Both the position numbers and the translations under genes were made by a program. A stretch of 57,781 nucleotides of DNA, the filler included, from Squatina squatina (taxonomy: Eukaryota): NCBI GenBank assembly GCA_031763465.1. It is 3 parts of 2 records of this genome, joined end to end, with 100 filler letters (N's around TTAATTAATTAA, not from the genome) between each part and the next. Parts side by side here need not be neighbours in the genome. Positions count along the whole stretch, not along the records: positions 33,190 to 57,781 come from JARFOE010000168.1; 2 more parts are not named here. One strand, given 5' to 3'. Of this stretch, positions 36,301 to 48,706 are shown one piece after another (the first letter of the stretch is position 1; the number at the start of each line of letters is the position of its first letter). The notes below the pieces were generated by a model. That model did not search any database. It was not told the DNA's origin and was given only the letters and a program-made list of their open reading frames with translations.

Positions 36301-37734
36301 ACTTTGAAATACAAAAATAATTACTTTAGAGTTAACAAAAGCACTAAAGTGGTTTGCAAATATGTCTGTTTCATTATTAATTGGATTATTCATAAATTAA
36401 GCAATGNNNNNNNNNNNNNNNNNNNNNNNNNNNNNNNNNNNNNNNNNNNNNNNNNNNNNNNNNNNNNNNNNNNNNNNNNNNNNNNNNNNNNNNNNNNNNN
36501 NNNNNNATGAATGGGGATCACATAAAAAATACATCTAGAGGTAAAATACATTTTTAAAAGTGCCCAGGGGTTCAATTGAACCATGTAAAGCAGGTTTGAT
36601 ACAACAGTGAATTTACACCACAGGTGTAAATCCCTGACTGCGGATTTACGCTGTCACTGTACTGTTAGCACAACGTAGGAATAATTTACTTCCGACACTA
36701 ATCTAACCGTGTAAATGTACCCTTATGGAACATGTAGAAGGGGATTCAAAACATTCATAGCATATGTGTAAGTTAACTCGATCACAACCGTTGGGGCAGA
36801 AATTGGTAAGCTCGTCACACCAGTCAGCACAAGCTGACTTCCAATAGTATCTGCTATCTCTGCCAAGGGACAGGTTTTGTCATTTAAAAAAAAACTAATA
36901 TTTTTGCTAGTGTTAGAAGATAAGAATATGTAAAAGAGAAAGAGAGAGATCTTAATTGTACAGCAGGTGGAGAAGTTCTTACTATGGCCCTGTCATGCAA
37001 CTTTATTGTCCAGTCTTTTCAAGTGTTTAATTGGTAATTCATGTGTGTGTGGGAACAGTGGCTGCCTTGTAGGTGGGAGCTATCAGCTACAGTATGGTCA
37101 GGCACATCTGTTCAGTTAATTAAAAGTAAAGCCAATAGCAATGTTACACCATTGCTATTGACACGTCACACATGGCATGACATGTAATGTTTTACAGTGA
37201 ACACAGTAATGTTGTTGATACATTGCTAACACATATTAATCTGTATATCGGTGTGATGATTGATTAGATTGGATGATTGATTAGATTGGAAGGATACATT
37301 TATGTAGAAAAAAAATCAATTAACCCATGAAGTGAAATTGCTGAAAATTCTCATAGCTTTGATCAACATTAAAAACACACTAAAACTGCCAGCTACTGTT
37401 TACAGTGTTTGAAAGCTCTTTTACTCTTTTGAAAACTGGCACCCCACAAATGACAGGAAATGGAAACTTTCCATCATACGTTGGACAACAATTTCCTGTG
37501 TGAACAGAGAAACTAATGCAAGTTTTCTCTTAATTCTTTGTAACCCTCAATACGCACTCCAATGCCTATTTTTTTTCCTGTGGAAAATGTGTTCAGACAC
37601 CATCATAATTCAAGCTCCATAATCAAATCTGCGAAGGATTAAATGGCTCCTACCAGTTATGTAGCTTAGTATGGTATTGTGTTTAGTGCATACATATCAA
37701 TTAATGATTAAATATTTAAAGCATGAGTGAGCAT

Positions 37735-38194
37735 GTGTGGAACTATACCCCAGTGAAAGTCAGCAGCTGTGGAACTGTACCCTTGAGAGAGTCAGTGCCT
37801 GTGGAACTGTACCCCAGTGAGAGTCAACGCTTGTGGAACTGTACCCCAGTGAGATTCAGTGTCGATGGAACTGTTCCCCAGTGAAAGTCAGCACCTGAGG
37901 TATTCTACTCCAGCATGAGTCTGCATGTGTGGAACCGTATGCCAGTGAAAGTTACCACCCGTGGAACAGTACAGCAATGAAATTCAACGTCTGTGGAACT
38001 GTACCCCATAAACGTCAGTGTCTGTGGAAATGTATCCCAGTGAGAGTCAGCATTTGTGGAAGTGTACCCCAATGAAATTGAACACCTGTGGAAATGTACC
38101 CCAGTGAGAGTCAGTGGCTGTGGAACTGTTCCCCAGTGAGAGTCAGCACCTGAGGTATTCTACTCCAGCATGAGTCTGCATGTGTGGAACCGTA
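37735..38194. repeat. 32-bp minisatellite, about 14 copies
   Basis: Head-to-tail consensus tgtggaactgtaccccagtgagagtcagtgcc with no spacers; runs into a gap. Confidence 0.93.
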
Positions 38195-38679
38195 NNNNNN
38201 NNNNNNNNNNNNNNNNNNNNNNNNNNNNNNNNNNNNNNNNNNNNNNNNNNNNNNNNNNNNNNNNNNNNNNNNNNNNNNNNNNNNNNNNNNNNNNTGGCGA
38301 TAACTGATGAAAATGAAAATCGGGCGAGTTCTCGAATGAGCAAATTATCTGCCCTGCCAGTTTACCATCCAAGTGGTGAAGGTAACAATTACACCCACCA
38401 ATGTGAGGCAGTAATGAAGACAAATGGCAACAAGCAGGAAAATTAATTGATATTATAGTTGAAATTTTAAATATTACTTTGGAAATAATTCTAAAATATT
38501 GTAAAAGTTACTGATGACTTAATAGAAGATAGAAGCTAAAAGTTATCTGGGAAGTTTCATACAATAAAAATGTCAGTAAAAATCTCCACAGCCCTTGAAC
38601 TCTCCTCACNNNNNNNNNNAGGGCTGAAGAACACCAAGAACCTGGAGGTGTGAGAAAAAAACCTAAAGCTGCCATTAAC

Positions 38680-38790
38680 CCTGCAAAATTAAGGGAATAC
38701 GGACACAGCTACTTGAACCTCGGTTTTATTTGTATTGGAAGTGGAGATATACCTCAACCAAAGGGTGTAATTTGTGCACAAATGAAAATT
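38680..38790 (+). mobile_element. hAT (Charlie/Buster-type) transposase N-terminal remnant
   Basis: KLREYGHSYLNLGFICIGSGDIPQPKGVIC resembles the RKYxxxYLxxGF...PxPxCVIC start of the BED finger in Buster/ZBED5-type transposases; the first Cys is lost. Confidence 0.6.
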
Positions 38791-39459
38791 GTGATAAATG
38801 AGAAGGTTTCCCGGTCGAGCACCTTTACCCTTTTCATCCAGTCTTTATTCAGTCAACCATTCTCTAACTGTATTGTGAGGCCTTCAGGCAAATCTAGGAA
38901 AACCAAGTGTTGTAACACAAGTACAGTCAGAGCTCCAGCAATTTTATGCCATCTGAACTCTGAAGGCTGTTTCTGTGATTGTCTTCAATCCAATTGTTGG
39001 ACCTTCTATTTGCATAGTGCATATGTAACAAAGTGATAATTTCTTTTGGACAACTTTTTCATAAAAGAATCAACTTATTTCATGAAAAAAGATTACGTTT
39101 TCTCTTTTCCTGTCGGCAAATATGTTTCCAATTTTATGACTAGTAGAATGGTATTTTCAGGCAGTTTCTTTTCAGATATAATTCGAAAGTTCATTATAGT
39201 GAATGCGTTGTAAGGGAAATTTGAGCTCTCAGCACACATCGATAAGTAATCAAAGCGCTTTCAATATTATATTACTTTACCTAAATAAAAGCGAATTTGC
39301 ACATCATATCCTGCCATCTATAAATACAATGTTTTTTTTTTAATGCATTATTGGGATGTGGTCGAAGCTGGAAAGACGACACTTCTTGCCTTCCCAAGTA
39401 AAAGAAATTGATGCTTAATCAATTAACTCATTCAAAGAAGAACTGGATAAATATTTGCA

Positions 39460-39575
39460 AAAAGCAAAATATTGCAGGTGCTGGAAATCTGAAATAAAAC
39501 TGCCAATGGTGAAAAGGCTCAGCAGGTCTGTGGTGAGAGCAGACAAATCAACGTGGGTGTGTTGACCCTTTATCA
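39460..39575 (+). mobile_element. Left arm of a palindromic shark repeat (Penelope-derived/MITE-like)
   Basis: aaagcaaaatattgcaggtgctggaaatctgaaataaaa...ctcagcaggtc, same family as 56712-56852; inverted counterpart at 40880-40970. Confidence 0.55.
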
Positions 39576-39859
39576 AAAGCCAAAGATATTACAGATGAAC
39601 ATTGAGCATTGTCATTGCACATTCTATGCTATTACAGTCAACCCTAAAGTGCAGACAGTCAACCTACTCTTTCTCAACACCATGTTTCCACCTGGTGCCT
39701 CCACCTCCTTTTATTTAATCTTATTTTCCTGCTGCTTCTTGTCACCTGAGGGTAGAATCACAGCAGGTAGTTGGCTGCTCATGCTGTACCAAAGGCTCAT
39801 GGGTCTGAGGTGCCCCTCATCTCATGCCAGCTTGCATAGGGATGCTAGGGTGACAGCAT

Positions 39860-40500
39860 AGGCGCTCAGTCAGTAACCTGGTGCTGGCAAGGTGCCATTG
39901 ACCTCGTTATCTCCCATGACAGGAGCTGAATCAGTGCTCACTTGCTCCATGACCTTGTCCTCAAATGGGGGTGAGGGGTTTCAAGGTGGGGATGACCTGC
40001 TTGTGGTGAGCATTGTGTGCCAATTTGTCCTGCAAGAAGATAAATTAAATCAGGGTAAGGCTAGCAATTGAGGACTCTTGCCAAGTGGCAAGGGACAGAT
40101 GAAGTAGGCGATTTGGGAGTATGAGGTTTTTAAGTGGATGAAGGGGTTTTAGGATAATGCATGTCAGTAATTGCTGTGAGGGGAGTTGGGTACCATAGTG
40201 CAAGTGATGCTTAGAGGATGAAGAGTGTCCTGGTGCTGAGGGTGGGAAGGAAGAAAAAGGAAAGGTGTAAGTTTGTTACCTTGCCTACCCTGCTGAGGAC
40301 ATGGAACTATTTGCGGCACTGTTCTACAGTCCTGGGGGTGAGGGAGTTGGCAGTCAGGTGGCATGAGTGATAATTCAGGGTAACACTCAGGAGTCTATTT
40401 GTCCTGCCTTCAATGCCCTCCAGAGGGGCTTGGAGGTCAGAATGAATGAAGTTGCTTGTTCGTCTGCTCTGGCTTGGTGCCATGCTGCCCTCTGGGTCTA
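39860..40500 (-). mobile_element. Harbinger-type Myb/SANT-like gene remnant with intron
   Basis: 40336-40280 reads PRTVEQCRK*FHVLSRVGK followed by gtaac. After acceptor tcttgcag at 40031-40030 it reads DKLAHN...LKPLTP/FEDKVME. Matches the RTxxQCRKKFxDL / KxAHN / LTPxEE pattern of Harbinger Myb-like proteins; has a stop and frameshifts. Confidence 0.65.
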
Positions 40501-43500
40501 GATGGTTTTTGTGTCGTAGTCATAATTCGACACAAGTATAATAAAAATACTGGTCAGACATGCAGTGAAGTTAGTTAACAGTGAGTGAGCCAAGCATTGT
40601 TCCTTACCTACCTATCCCCAAATCTTTTGCAGCCAGAAATGTCTTTTTATAGGTTGCATTCTAATTTCCTTGCATCAGATTACACCCATTTTAGATAGGG
40701 TTTATCCCAATAACCCCTTCAATAGATATGCACGTGAACTGGCCCAAGAAACTTGTGTAAATAACTCCAGGCCACAGATGGGTGCAAATCTCTTTCACTT
40801 GGTGTAAAAGCAGTGCAATTTGCCATGTAAAAATTCTAGGTCTAAGTATTTTGACTACTTTCTTCTTGGGTTTTCAGGGTTCTGAGAAAAGGTCATCAAC
40901 CTGAAATGTTAACCCTAATGTTTCCAGCATTTTCGGTTTTTTTTTCAGATTTCCAGCATGCTTTTGTATTTGTGAAGAGTGAGTCACATCTGACTAATTT
41001 TTTACGACGGTCACTAACATGGTAGAAAGGGAAGGNNNNNNNNNNTAGACTTTGCTTTTCTTTATTTCAATTTTATTGGCCCCATTCATTCATTTTCAGG
41101 TCAGCTTACTTAGCTTATATTTATATTTCTTGGATATATTCTTAGTTTGCTCCATTTTTCCTTTAATTAACTTTTTTTTTTACAAATTTGTTCCTGGGAT
41201 GCCAACATTTATTGCCCATCCCTAATTGTCAACTATTGACTAATCTAGAAGCCTGTCTGATGAAGAGTTAGTGCAATTTTATTGCGTCCGCTAGGTTAAG
41301 GTATAGGAAAAACCCTAGAAGTCATACAAACTTCTGCAGCAGAGAATGAGAATTACAAAAGTGAATCATTTTACCATTTCAGCTAAATCTGATATTGATG
41401 CTTCAGCAGAGGTTTTCCCCTATGCGCAAAGTATTCAGAGAGAGGAAACCTTAACCCACCTTAGGGCTAAAAGCAACCACCAACAGTGTATTTTCAAGTA
41501 AATATTTTAAAACAAGCCAATTTATCAGATTTCCCAATACCTTTTACAAGCAGCAAGAGCATGTTCACGTTGCTTAAGTTTTAAGATGCATGACAGCATA
41601 ATTTGTACTTGCAAAATTATGGAGCTATGAAAAATATTCTTTGATATTTAAATGTATACAACTGTTAGTCCAATTTGCATTTGTTGTGATTTTATACTAT
41701 GGGGCTATATTAGCTCAAAACATTACTCTAGTACTTCACTCATTTTTTAAAATATTCTTCTTGCGAAAAGTTTTATGGGTTGACATGCTTAAGTTAACTA
41801 AAAGTTCCCCTGAGTTTTACATACTTTAATATTCAAAAGCCCTACATTTTCATAAATAACATCAAGGGAACAAGGCAGTGCAGTGGGTTAGGCAGTGGCC
41901 TTCACCTTGTGGTGCTTGGGTTCAAAGCCAGCCCAGAATGATAGGATGAAAGCTTCCGATGGGTGCAAGAATCCCAAGTGAAATGACTTTGGGCAGTTTT
42001 CACTTCAGTTCCTACTGAGCACAAGCCTACAGCATAAAACTATCTGTAATCTTGCTCAATGGTTCATGACGGATTTTCTGAAAGGTAGCAAACACTGACT
42101 GTAATCTTGCTCAAGATGGTTGCAGAGGGAAATGGGTGAGATGGGGGGGGGTTTCTCTTCTGGGGTTGCTGCAGAGGCACATTGTTTACCTTACATCTGC
42201 CCTGGAGCGCTTGATGTTGAAACTGGGTTCCTGAATTCCCCACACCAACATCCTTCACTTTGATGAGCATAAAAACATTATTTAAATAAAAGCGCCAAAA
42301 GGTATCCCCTTTAAATGTCATGGATAGACTCACATTTCCATATACCCACACTTTTTTTCTGTACAAGTGATGGAATGCTGCACATATCTGAAGAATAACG
42401 TTATAACAAGTCAAAATAAAATGGCATACGTGTGATTATTTTTCATGAGTCATTCAGGGCAGGTGTGCAGAACAGATTCCACAGCACCACTGGAAAGAAC
42501 CAAATGCACATGGGCTAGCTTTCAAATGTTTATTCAACGGCATTCTTAGCAATTTTACTTTCTCTCTGGCAAAGCATGAAGATGGTCTGCACACGACCTA
42601 ATCCTCAGCCCATCCTTGAGCCAAAAGAAAATACCTCTCCCTCCAGCAACANNNNNNNNNNGACTGCAGTCTCTGGAGGCATCCTCGGTGGGTCTCAGGC
42701 CTCCCCAGATGTAGCGCCATTCCCGCTGTTGATTTTGAAGCACAGCCATTGTAAAGACGGCATCAGCAACAGCCAGGATCGTTTTTTTTTGCCGTCTTTA
42801 ATCACTGCACATGGGCTTCGATTGAACTCAAGATGACAGAAAGGTGCGAAATCTGAAGCTTTGACATCAGAGAGAAAAAAAAATGCAAGTTTAAAGAAAA
42901 AGGAGTCTTGTGCAGTTAAGTTTGCAACATTTTTCCCACAATGGTGTCAAGAGTCCTTGCAGTGGAACGTAAGGGGTGGGAGGACCCTGCAGTTATTTAA
43001 GCCGCAGTAACAAGTGTGGATTATGTATCCATTATTGGAGGTGGGTCAGCATAAAAAGGCCAAAAAATAATAGTTGATGCTAATTTCAGAACTCCCTGCC
43101 CTTTCACCTGATTTCCTGCTGTATAATCCATAAAATAAATAGTTCCAGTTGAAATTTCTGCAAATTTCTTTCATTCCCGGTGTCGGGAGTCAGCACAAAA
43201 AGAGAGAAGAGCAGATTTCCTATGAAACAAACTGGTTCTGAAGCTCACTCGGGTCTCAATTTAGCCACAAGTTTTCATTGCCAATGTGCCTACATTTTTG
43301 ACTCGGTGCCTAAAATTTCTCATCCAGCTGCTACCCGCTCGTTAATTCACAGCAACCTGTGACGTTCCATAAAAAATGTTGGCAGCAATGTTTCCTTCCT
43401 CATAAAATTATATATTTGTTAGATCCATGTGCTTGNNNNNNNNNNNNNNNNNNNNNNNNNNNNNNNNNNNNNNNNNNNNNNNNNNNNNNNNNNNNNNNNN

Positions 43501-43744
43501 NNNNNNNNNNNNNNNNNNNNNNNNNNNNNNNNNNNNNNNNNNNNNNNNNNNNNNNNNNNNNNNNNNNNNNNNNNNNNNNNNNNNNNNNNNNNNNNNNNNN
43601 NNNNNNNNNNNNNNNNNNNNNNNNNNNNNNNNNNNNNNNNNNNNNNNNNNNNNNNNNNNNNNNNNNNNNNNNNNNNNNNNNNNNNNNNNNNNNNNNNNNN
43701 NNNNNNNNNNNNNNNNNNNNNNNNNNNNNNNNNNNNNNNNNNNN

Positions 43745-43850
43745 GCTCCAGCACTACAAGGACCGCAGTGGTTCGAGAAGGTTCACCACCTTCTCAGGGC
43801 AATTAACAAATGCCCAACAAATGCAGTCGTGCCAGTGTCACCCCCGTCAC
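43745..43850 (+). mobile_element. LINE 3' end fragment
   Basis: gcagtggttcgagaaggttcaccaccttctcagggcaatt...caacaaatgc resembles a common shark LINE 3' terminus and emerges from a gap. Confidence 0.5.
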
Positions 43851-45755
43851 CCACGTGCCACGTCAGTTTTAAGGAATTACCCTGTTTTTTCAAAAGCATT
43901 TCATACAACATTAGCCATTAAAACAAGCTTTTGGAAAGACAGCACGTCATTCACCTAAAAGGAGAAGACAGATTAACCTTCCCGCTGAACCTTCTCGAAC
44001 CACTGCAGTCTTTATAGTGCTGGAGCTGTCACAATGATGGGAAATAGGGTCATAGTGCAGGTGGGTAAGGACATGCAGCTGAGCGAGAGATGGCAGAGTG
44101 CCTCTCCATGCCAATTTTCTAGATTCTTACTGGAAGTATTCATTGGCAGCAATACCAATGAAAGCGTACCACTCAACTTGCTGGTGCTGGAAAAATCCAT
44201 TAAATACCTGGTCAAGTTATTCAGAGGATACACGAGTCCAAATTATCAACATACAAAAATGACAGTCCATTGAGACTGTTCCATTCAACCATGTTGCAAC
44301 TCGACAACATGACCCTCAATGCTTCCCATCCACCAGCAGCCACGTCATCTACTGGGAGAGGCAAAAAAGAACATCTGGGAAATTTACCTCTGACCCCTGA
44401 TGACAATCAAAAACACGTTCCAGGCGATAACAGTGACCATGAGGTACAGAGCCTTGCATTTAAAACCGTCAACAAGTCTTCACTGTCAGAAGTATAGACA
44501 CCGCTCCATATTAAAAAAAGGTACAGAATCCTTAAACAAGGCATCTTTCAATAAAGGAAAGGTTTTTCTGTTCAAAATAAGTGAGGGTTTGAGAGTCAGG
44601 ATTATCTTGCTCCTGGAGTTCTTGTATTGAACAATCACTGATACAGAAGTCATGAATGAACTTGTTAATTTCAACACTGGTGGTGTTTATTACCGGCTGC
44701 AACCTGAGGAACCTTTAACTGCTTTCAGTCTAATCTCTTTCCAACACAGGAACACCTTCAGATTATAAAAGTTCAAACAGTAACTTTAGAGGCATGTTCT
44801 AACACAATCTGTTCAAAAATTAATAACTTGTTTGTATAATAGCCCACCTACTCATTTTACTTTGGCTCAATGTAACTTAGGGATTTGGGATGGGGGGGGT
44901 GATGTCGGGGGTGGTAAGGATAAAGAGGCAAATAAAATAAAGAAAACACTGTGATAGTGTCCTGATACACATTATCTTAAAAGTGAACTTCAGAACAGGA
45001 AAAATATGGGTTTACTACTGCATCATGAACTGCACAAACACATTCAAAAATGGAGAACACACTGCAACTATAGATGGGGAAAAAAAACTGGAGAGAAAAA
45101 AAAAGAGGCCCAGTGTAACTCCCAAAAATCAATAGAAAGCCCAGTCACGAGTACATTTTCACCTTGGTTGAATGTTGTATTCAAAATTCTGACCTCCCCA
45201 AAGGAAGACGCCATACAGTGCTGAGCTGTTATTGTTATTAGCCCGTTGCCTAGCAACTGGTCCTGCATGATCAACTGCAGATTTCATATCTGCTGTAGAT
45301 GGATGAGAGGAACGTTTAGAGACCTAATGGGCAGGAAGAGCTCATGTATAGAGAGATNNNNNNNNNNNNNNNNNNNNNNNNNNNNNNNNNNNNNNNNNNN
45401 NNNNNNNNNNNNNNNNNNNNNNNNNNNNNNNNNNNNNNNNNNNNNNNNNNNNNNNNNAACCTCAACCGCTAGAAACGCATTTTGGAAAATTGCGTGTGGT
45501 CAGACATTCTATTAGGTTTGGAAGGTGGAAAATGTACTCTGTAAGTCTTAAGAATAGTGTAAAGTTTGTAACTAGTCTGCAGTTGAAGTCGAAGATCAGC
45601 CATGACCCTAAATGAATGGTGGAGCCCTCGAAGGGCCAAATGGCCTACTCCTGCTCCTATTTCTTATGTTAACAAAACACATTTTATTNNNNNNNNNNCA
45701 TAACACTTGCACCCAAATACGGAGGACAGAATAATAAGATAGAATTCCCCCTCAC

Positions 45756-45940
45756 CAGTGGTGCATCATCAAAGAGACGCTGTGCCAAATGAGAGAGAAC
45801 ATCATCAACAGACTTTCCATTGCCACACTGAATGACTGTTCCTGTTGCCTGTATGACTGCCACACGGACCTTTGAATGCTGGTGGGTGATGGTCTGCATC
45901 AGCGGTTTTATTAGAGATTCAGACTGCATGTGAAAGGTTT
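45756..45940 (-). CDS. DNAAF5: DNAAF5/HEATR2 exon 2 (185 bp), dynein axonemal assembly factor 5
   Basis: [61 protein letters not shown] matches human [21 protein letters not shown]...[20 protein letters not shown]. ttttgtatag acceptor, CTG|gtgagg donor; head-to-head with PRKAR1B as in human. Confidence 0.95.
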
Positions 45941-47663
45941 CTATACAAAAGGAAACAACACTGAGTAAATACAGTCCAATTTTACCCGCAAGTCATCATG
46001 TACAAATGATCTTTTATCTGCAATCTTGTCCATTGATTACCTGTGACTCCCTAGTATGATAAAGGATGACAGGAGGGTTTCCTCTCCCTGTCTGAGCAGA
46101 AGTCAGTTTTACTTTTTGTCATCATACTGTTTTTTCTTCTACTGGAGTTTCATGGTGACTTTTAGCAGATTTTCTTTAAAAAAAAACTAACGTTTCTTTT
46201 TTTGGCAATTACACAAACAGAGTAAAATTAAACTCCTTCACAAACAAACTGGCTCATTTTCAATGAATGATCTGCTGAGTTTTACTTGCAACTATTCCGG
46301 TGGCACGGTCCCATGGGGAGTTCAGCAGCAGCTTTCAAATCTCAACAGCACTCTCTGTGGCATTAAACCACCCCATTCATACAGAGACAAAACCTGGCAG
46401 AGTCAAGACAGAGACCTTTCATGACTTACGGGTCATTAATATAGAAAAACTGCTGCAATTCCACTGTTGTGGAGGTTTTCCAATGTGGCACCTCTGGGTA
46501 TTTGCAATGGAATTAACTAAAATACATTCATAGGCTCAGCATGGAGACATTTTGAAGTATGATAAAGATTCAAATCCACAAGTGCAAGTGTCAGTCANNN
46601 NNNNNNNNNNNNNNNNNNNNNNNNNNNNNNNNNNNNNNNNNNNNNNNNNNNNNNNNNNNNNNNNNNNNNNNNNNNNNNNNNNNNNNNNNNNNNNNNNGTG
46701 ACTACACTCCAAAAGTACCGCATTGGGTATAAAACGCTTTGAAACATCTGATGGTCATGAAAGGCACTATATAAATGCAAGTTTTTCTTCTGTATAGTAT
46801 GGATGACTACCACACAATGTGATGCATTCATCTATTGAAACATTAGGGAGTTTGATTTGAAGTCTCTAACCTTCTCAGTCCACCTCTGTAGAAATTTCAG
46901 CCCATATCATGTATCATCGCAGAATTGAAGTCAGTTTCATTCACCCTATGGTTGCGGTTAATAGATTTCAATCCATTCTATGGTCAGATTATTACAAGTT
47001 AATTAACCATTATCACAATACATTTATAATGCAAGGCTCTGGCTCAAATGACAATAATCAGCAAAAGGATATGGGAGGGTCTCTGTTACTTGCTTTGTGC
47101 CAAAATAAATCAGTGCTGCAGTTAAAAACTGCACTGCACACACACATTGCTGTTCTCTTCCATTGCATTTCATTCAAGATTAAGTGTCAGTGTTCAGTGA
47201 CAAATTAGTATCCTATTACTGTGTTTTCCTTAACTGGGGCCAAAGTTACTCACTGGGCATTGTGGCTGAATGCTAAAGGGCATACTGATGAACACCACAC
47301 TAACGCAATTTATTTCCAGTAGCATTTCAATATATGTCACCGGCCTGTTTTTATGCAGAGAACCATTGCTAATAGTATGGCATTTCAAACATAAGATCTA
47401 TCCAAATCACCAAGTCCAGTGGCGGACAGCTCTGCCGCTCTGTGTGGTCTGCCTCTTTTTCAATTGTTAATTCTACTCTAATCTCAGCATGGGGGTTGTC
47501 ATCATGAATAAATTCATATGAATCTAGTGCAGGATATAATGTGACCTGTTATGTGCAATTTAACTGTCTTTTCCAAAAGATTAATTCCCACGAGGAAACC
47601 ATTGTGAAAAATTCCAAATTAACCCATATCAAGATTATCTCAAATTGCTTACTTTGGCTTTGT

Positions 47664-47908
47664 AAAGAAAGAAAGACTTTGGATTTCTACAGAGCCTTTC
47701 ACAGCCTCAGGATATCCCAAAGCTCTTCACAGCCAATGAAGTACTTTTGGAGTGTAGTCACTGTTGTAACGTAAGAAGCACAGCTGCCAATTTGTGCACA
47801 GCAAGCTTCCATAAACAGCAATGTGATAATGACCAGATCATCTGTTTTGGTGATGTTGTTTGAGGGATAAATATTGGCCAGGACATTGGGAGAACTTCCC
47901 TGCTCTTC
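47664..47908 (-). mobile_element. DeuSINE-like SINE
   Basis: Reverse complement of the same 3' half and tail; another tail on + at about 46698-46790. Confidence 0.75.
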
Positions 47909-48532
47909 TATGTATGTTTGCATAAGATTTAGAAGTTTTTTTAAAGTCTTTCATTGATGCCAAACTGCTCGTAGCTAGAGAATCAGGTAGACCATTTTAA
48001 ATCTATAGAAACTCTCTGACCTTTAAATATCCATTATATAATATCAGTGAAATCCAATAAGATTTGTGAAAAAGCATTGATGCTTGGCATAACACCTTTA
48101 TTTTATTTTTGAAGTTGTGTTAACATAGAAACATAGAAAAATAGGTGCAGGAGTAGGCCATTCGGCCCTTCGAGCCTGCACCGCCATTCAATANNNNNNN
48201 NNNNNNNNNNNNNNNNNNNNNNNNNNNNNNNNNNNNNNNNNNNNNNNNNNNNNNNNNNNNNNNNNNNNNNNNNNNNNNNNNNNNNNNNNNNNNCAAAACA
48301 GCTCATGAATCGAGACGCTAGTGGAGGCCAAAACGCAGGATAAGACTGTCTTGTCTCTGAATGGCATGGAACTTGTTGTTTATATTTATTTCATTATTTT
48401 GCATTAAACAATTGCTCTACATTTCTCTTTTCAGAACTTGAGAAACTCCAAACTCACTTTGTTTTTAACATAGTTATGTAAAATACATGTTCTAATGACA
48501 TATATACAAGTTTTTTTCTTGTCTAAATATAG

Positions 48533-48706
<174 letters not shown>

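Noticed and set aside
37735-38194. CRISPR array (32-bp repeat length)
   Set aside because: Units are head-to-tail with no unique spacers, there are no cas genes, and the context is a vertebrate intron.
41870-41940. tRNA gene (also 55515-55580)
   Set aside because: Only degenerate A/B-box-like motifs without a full cloverleaf; these look like tRNA-derived SINE heads.
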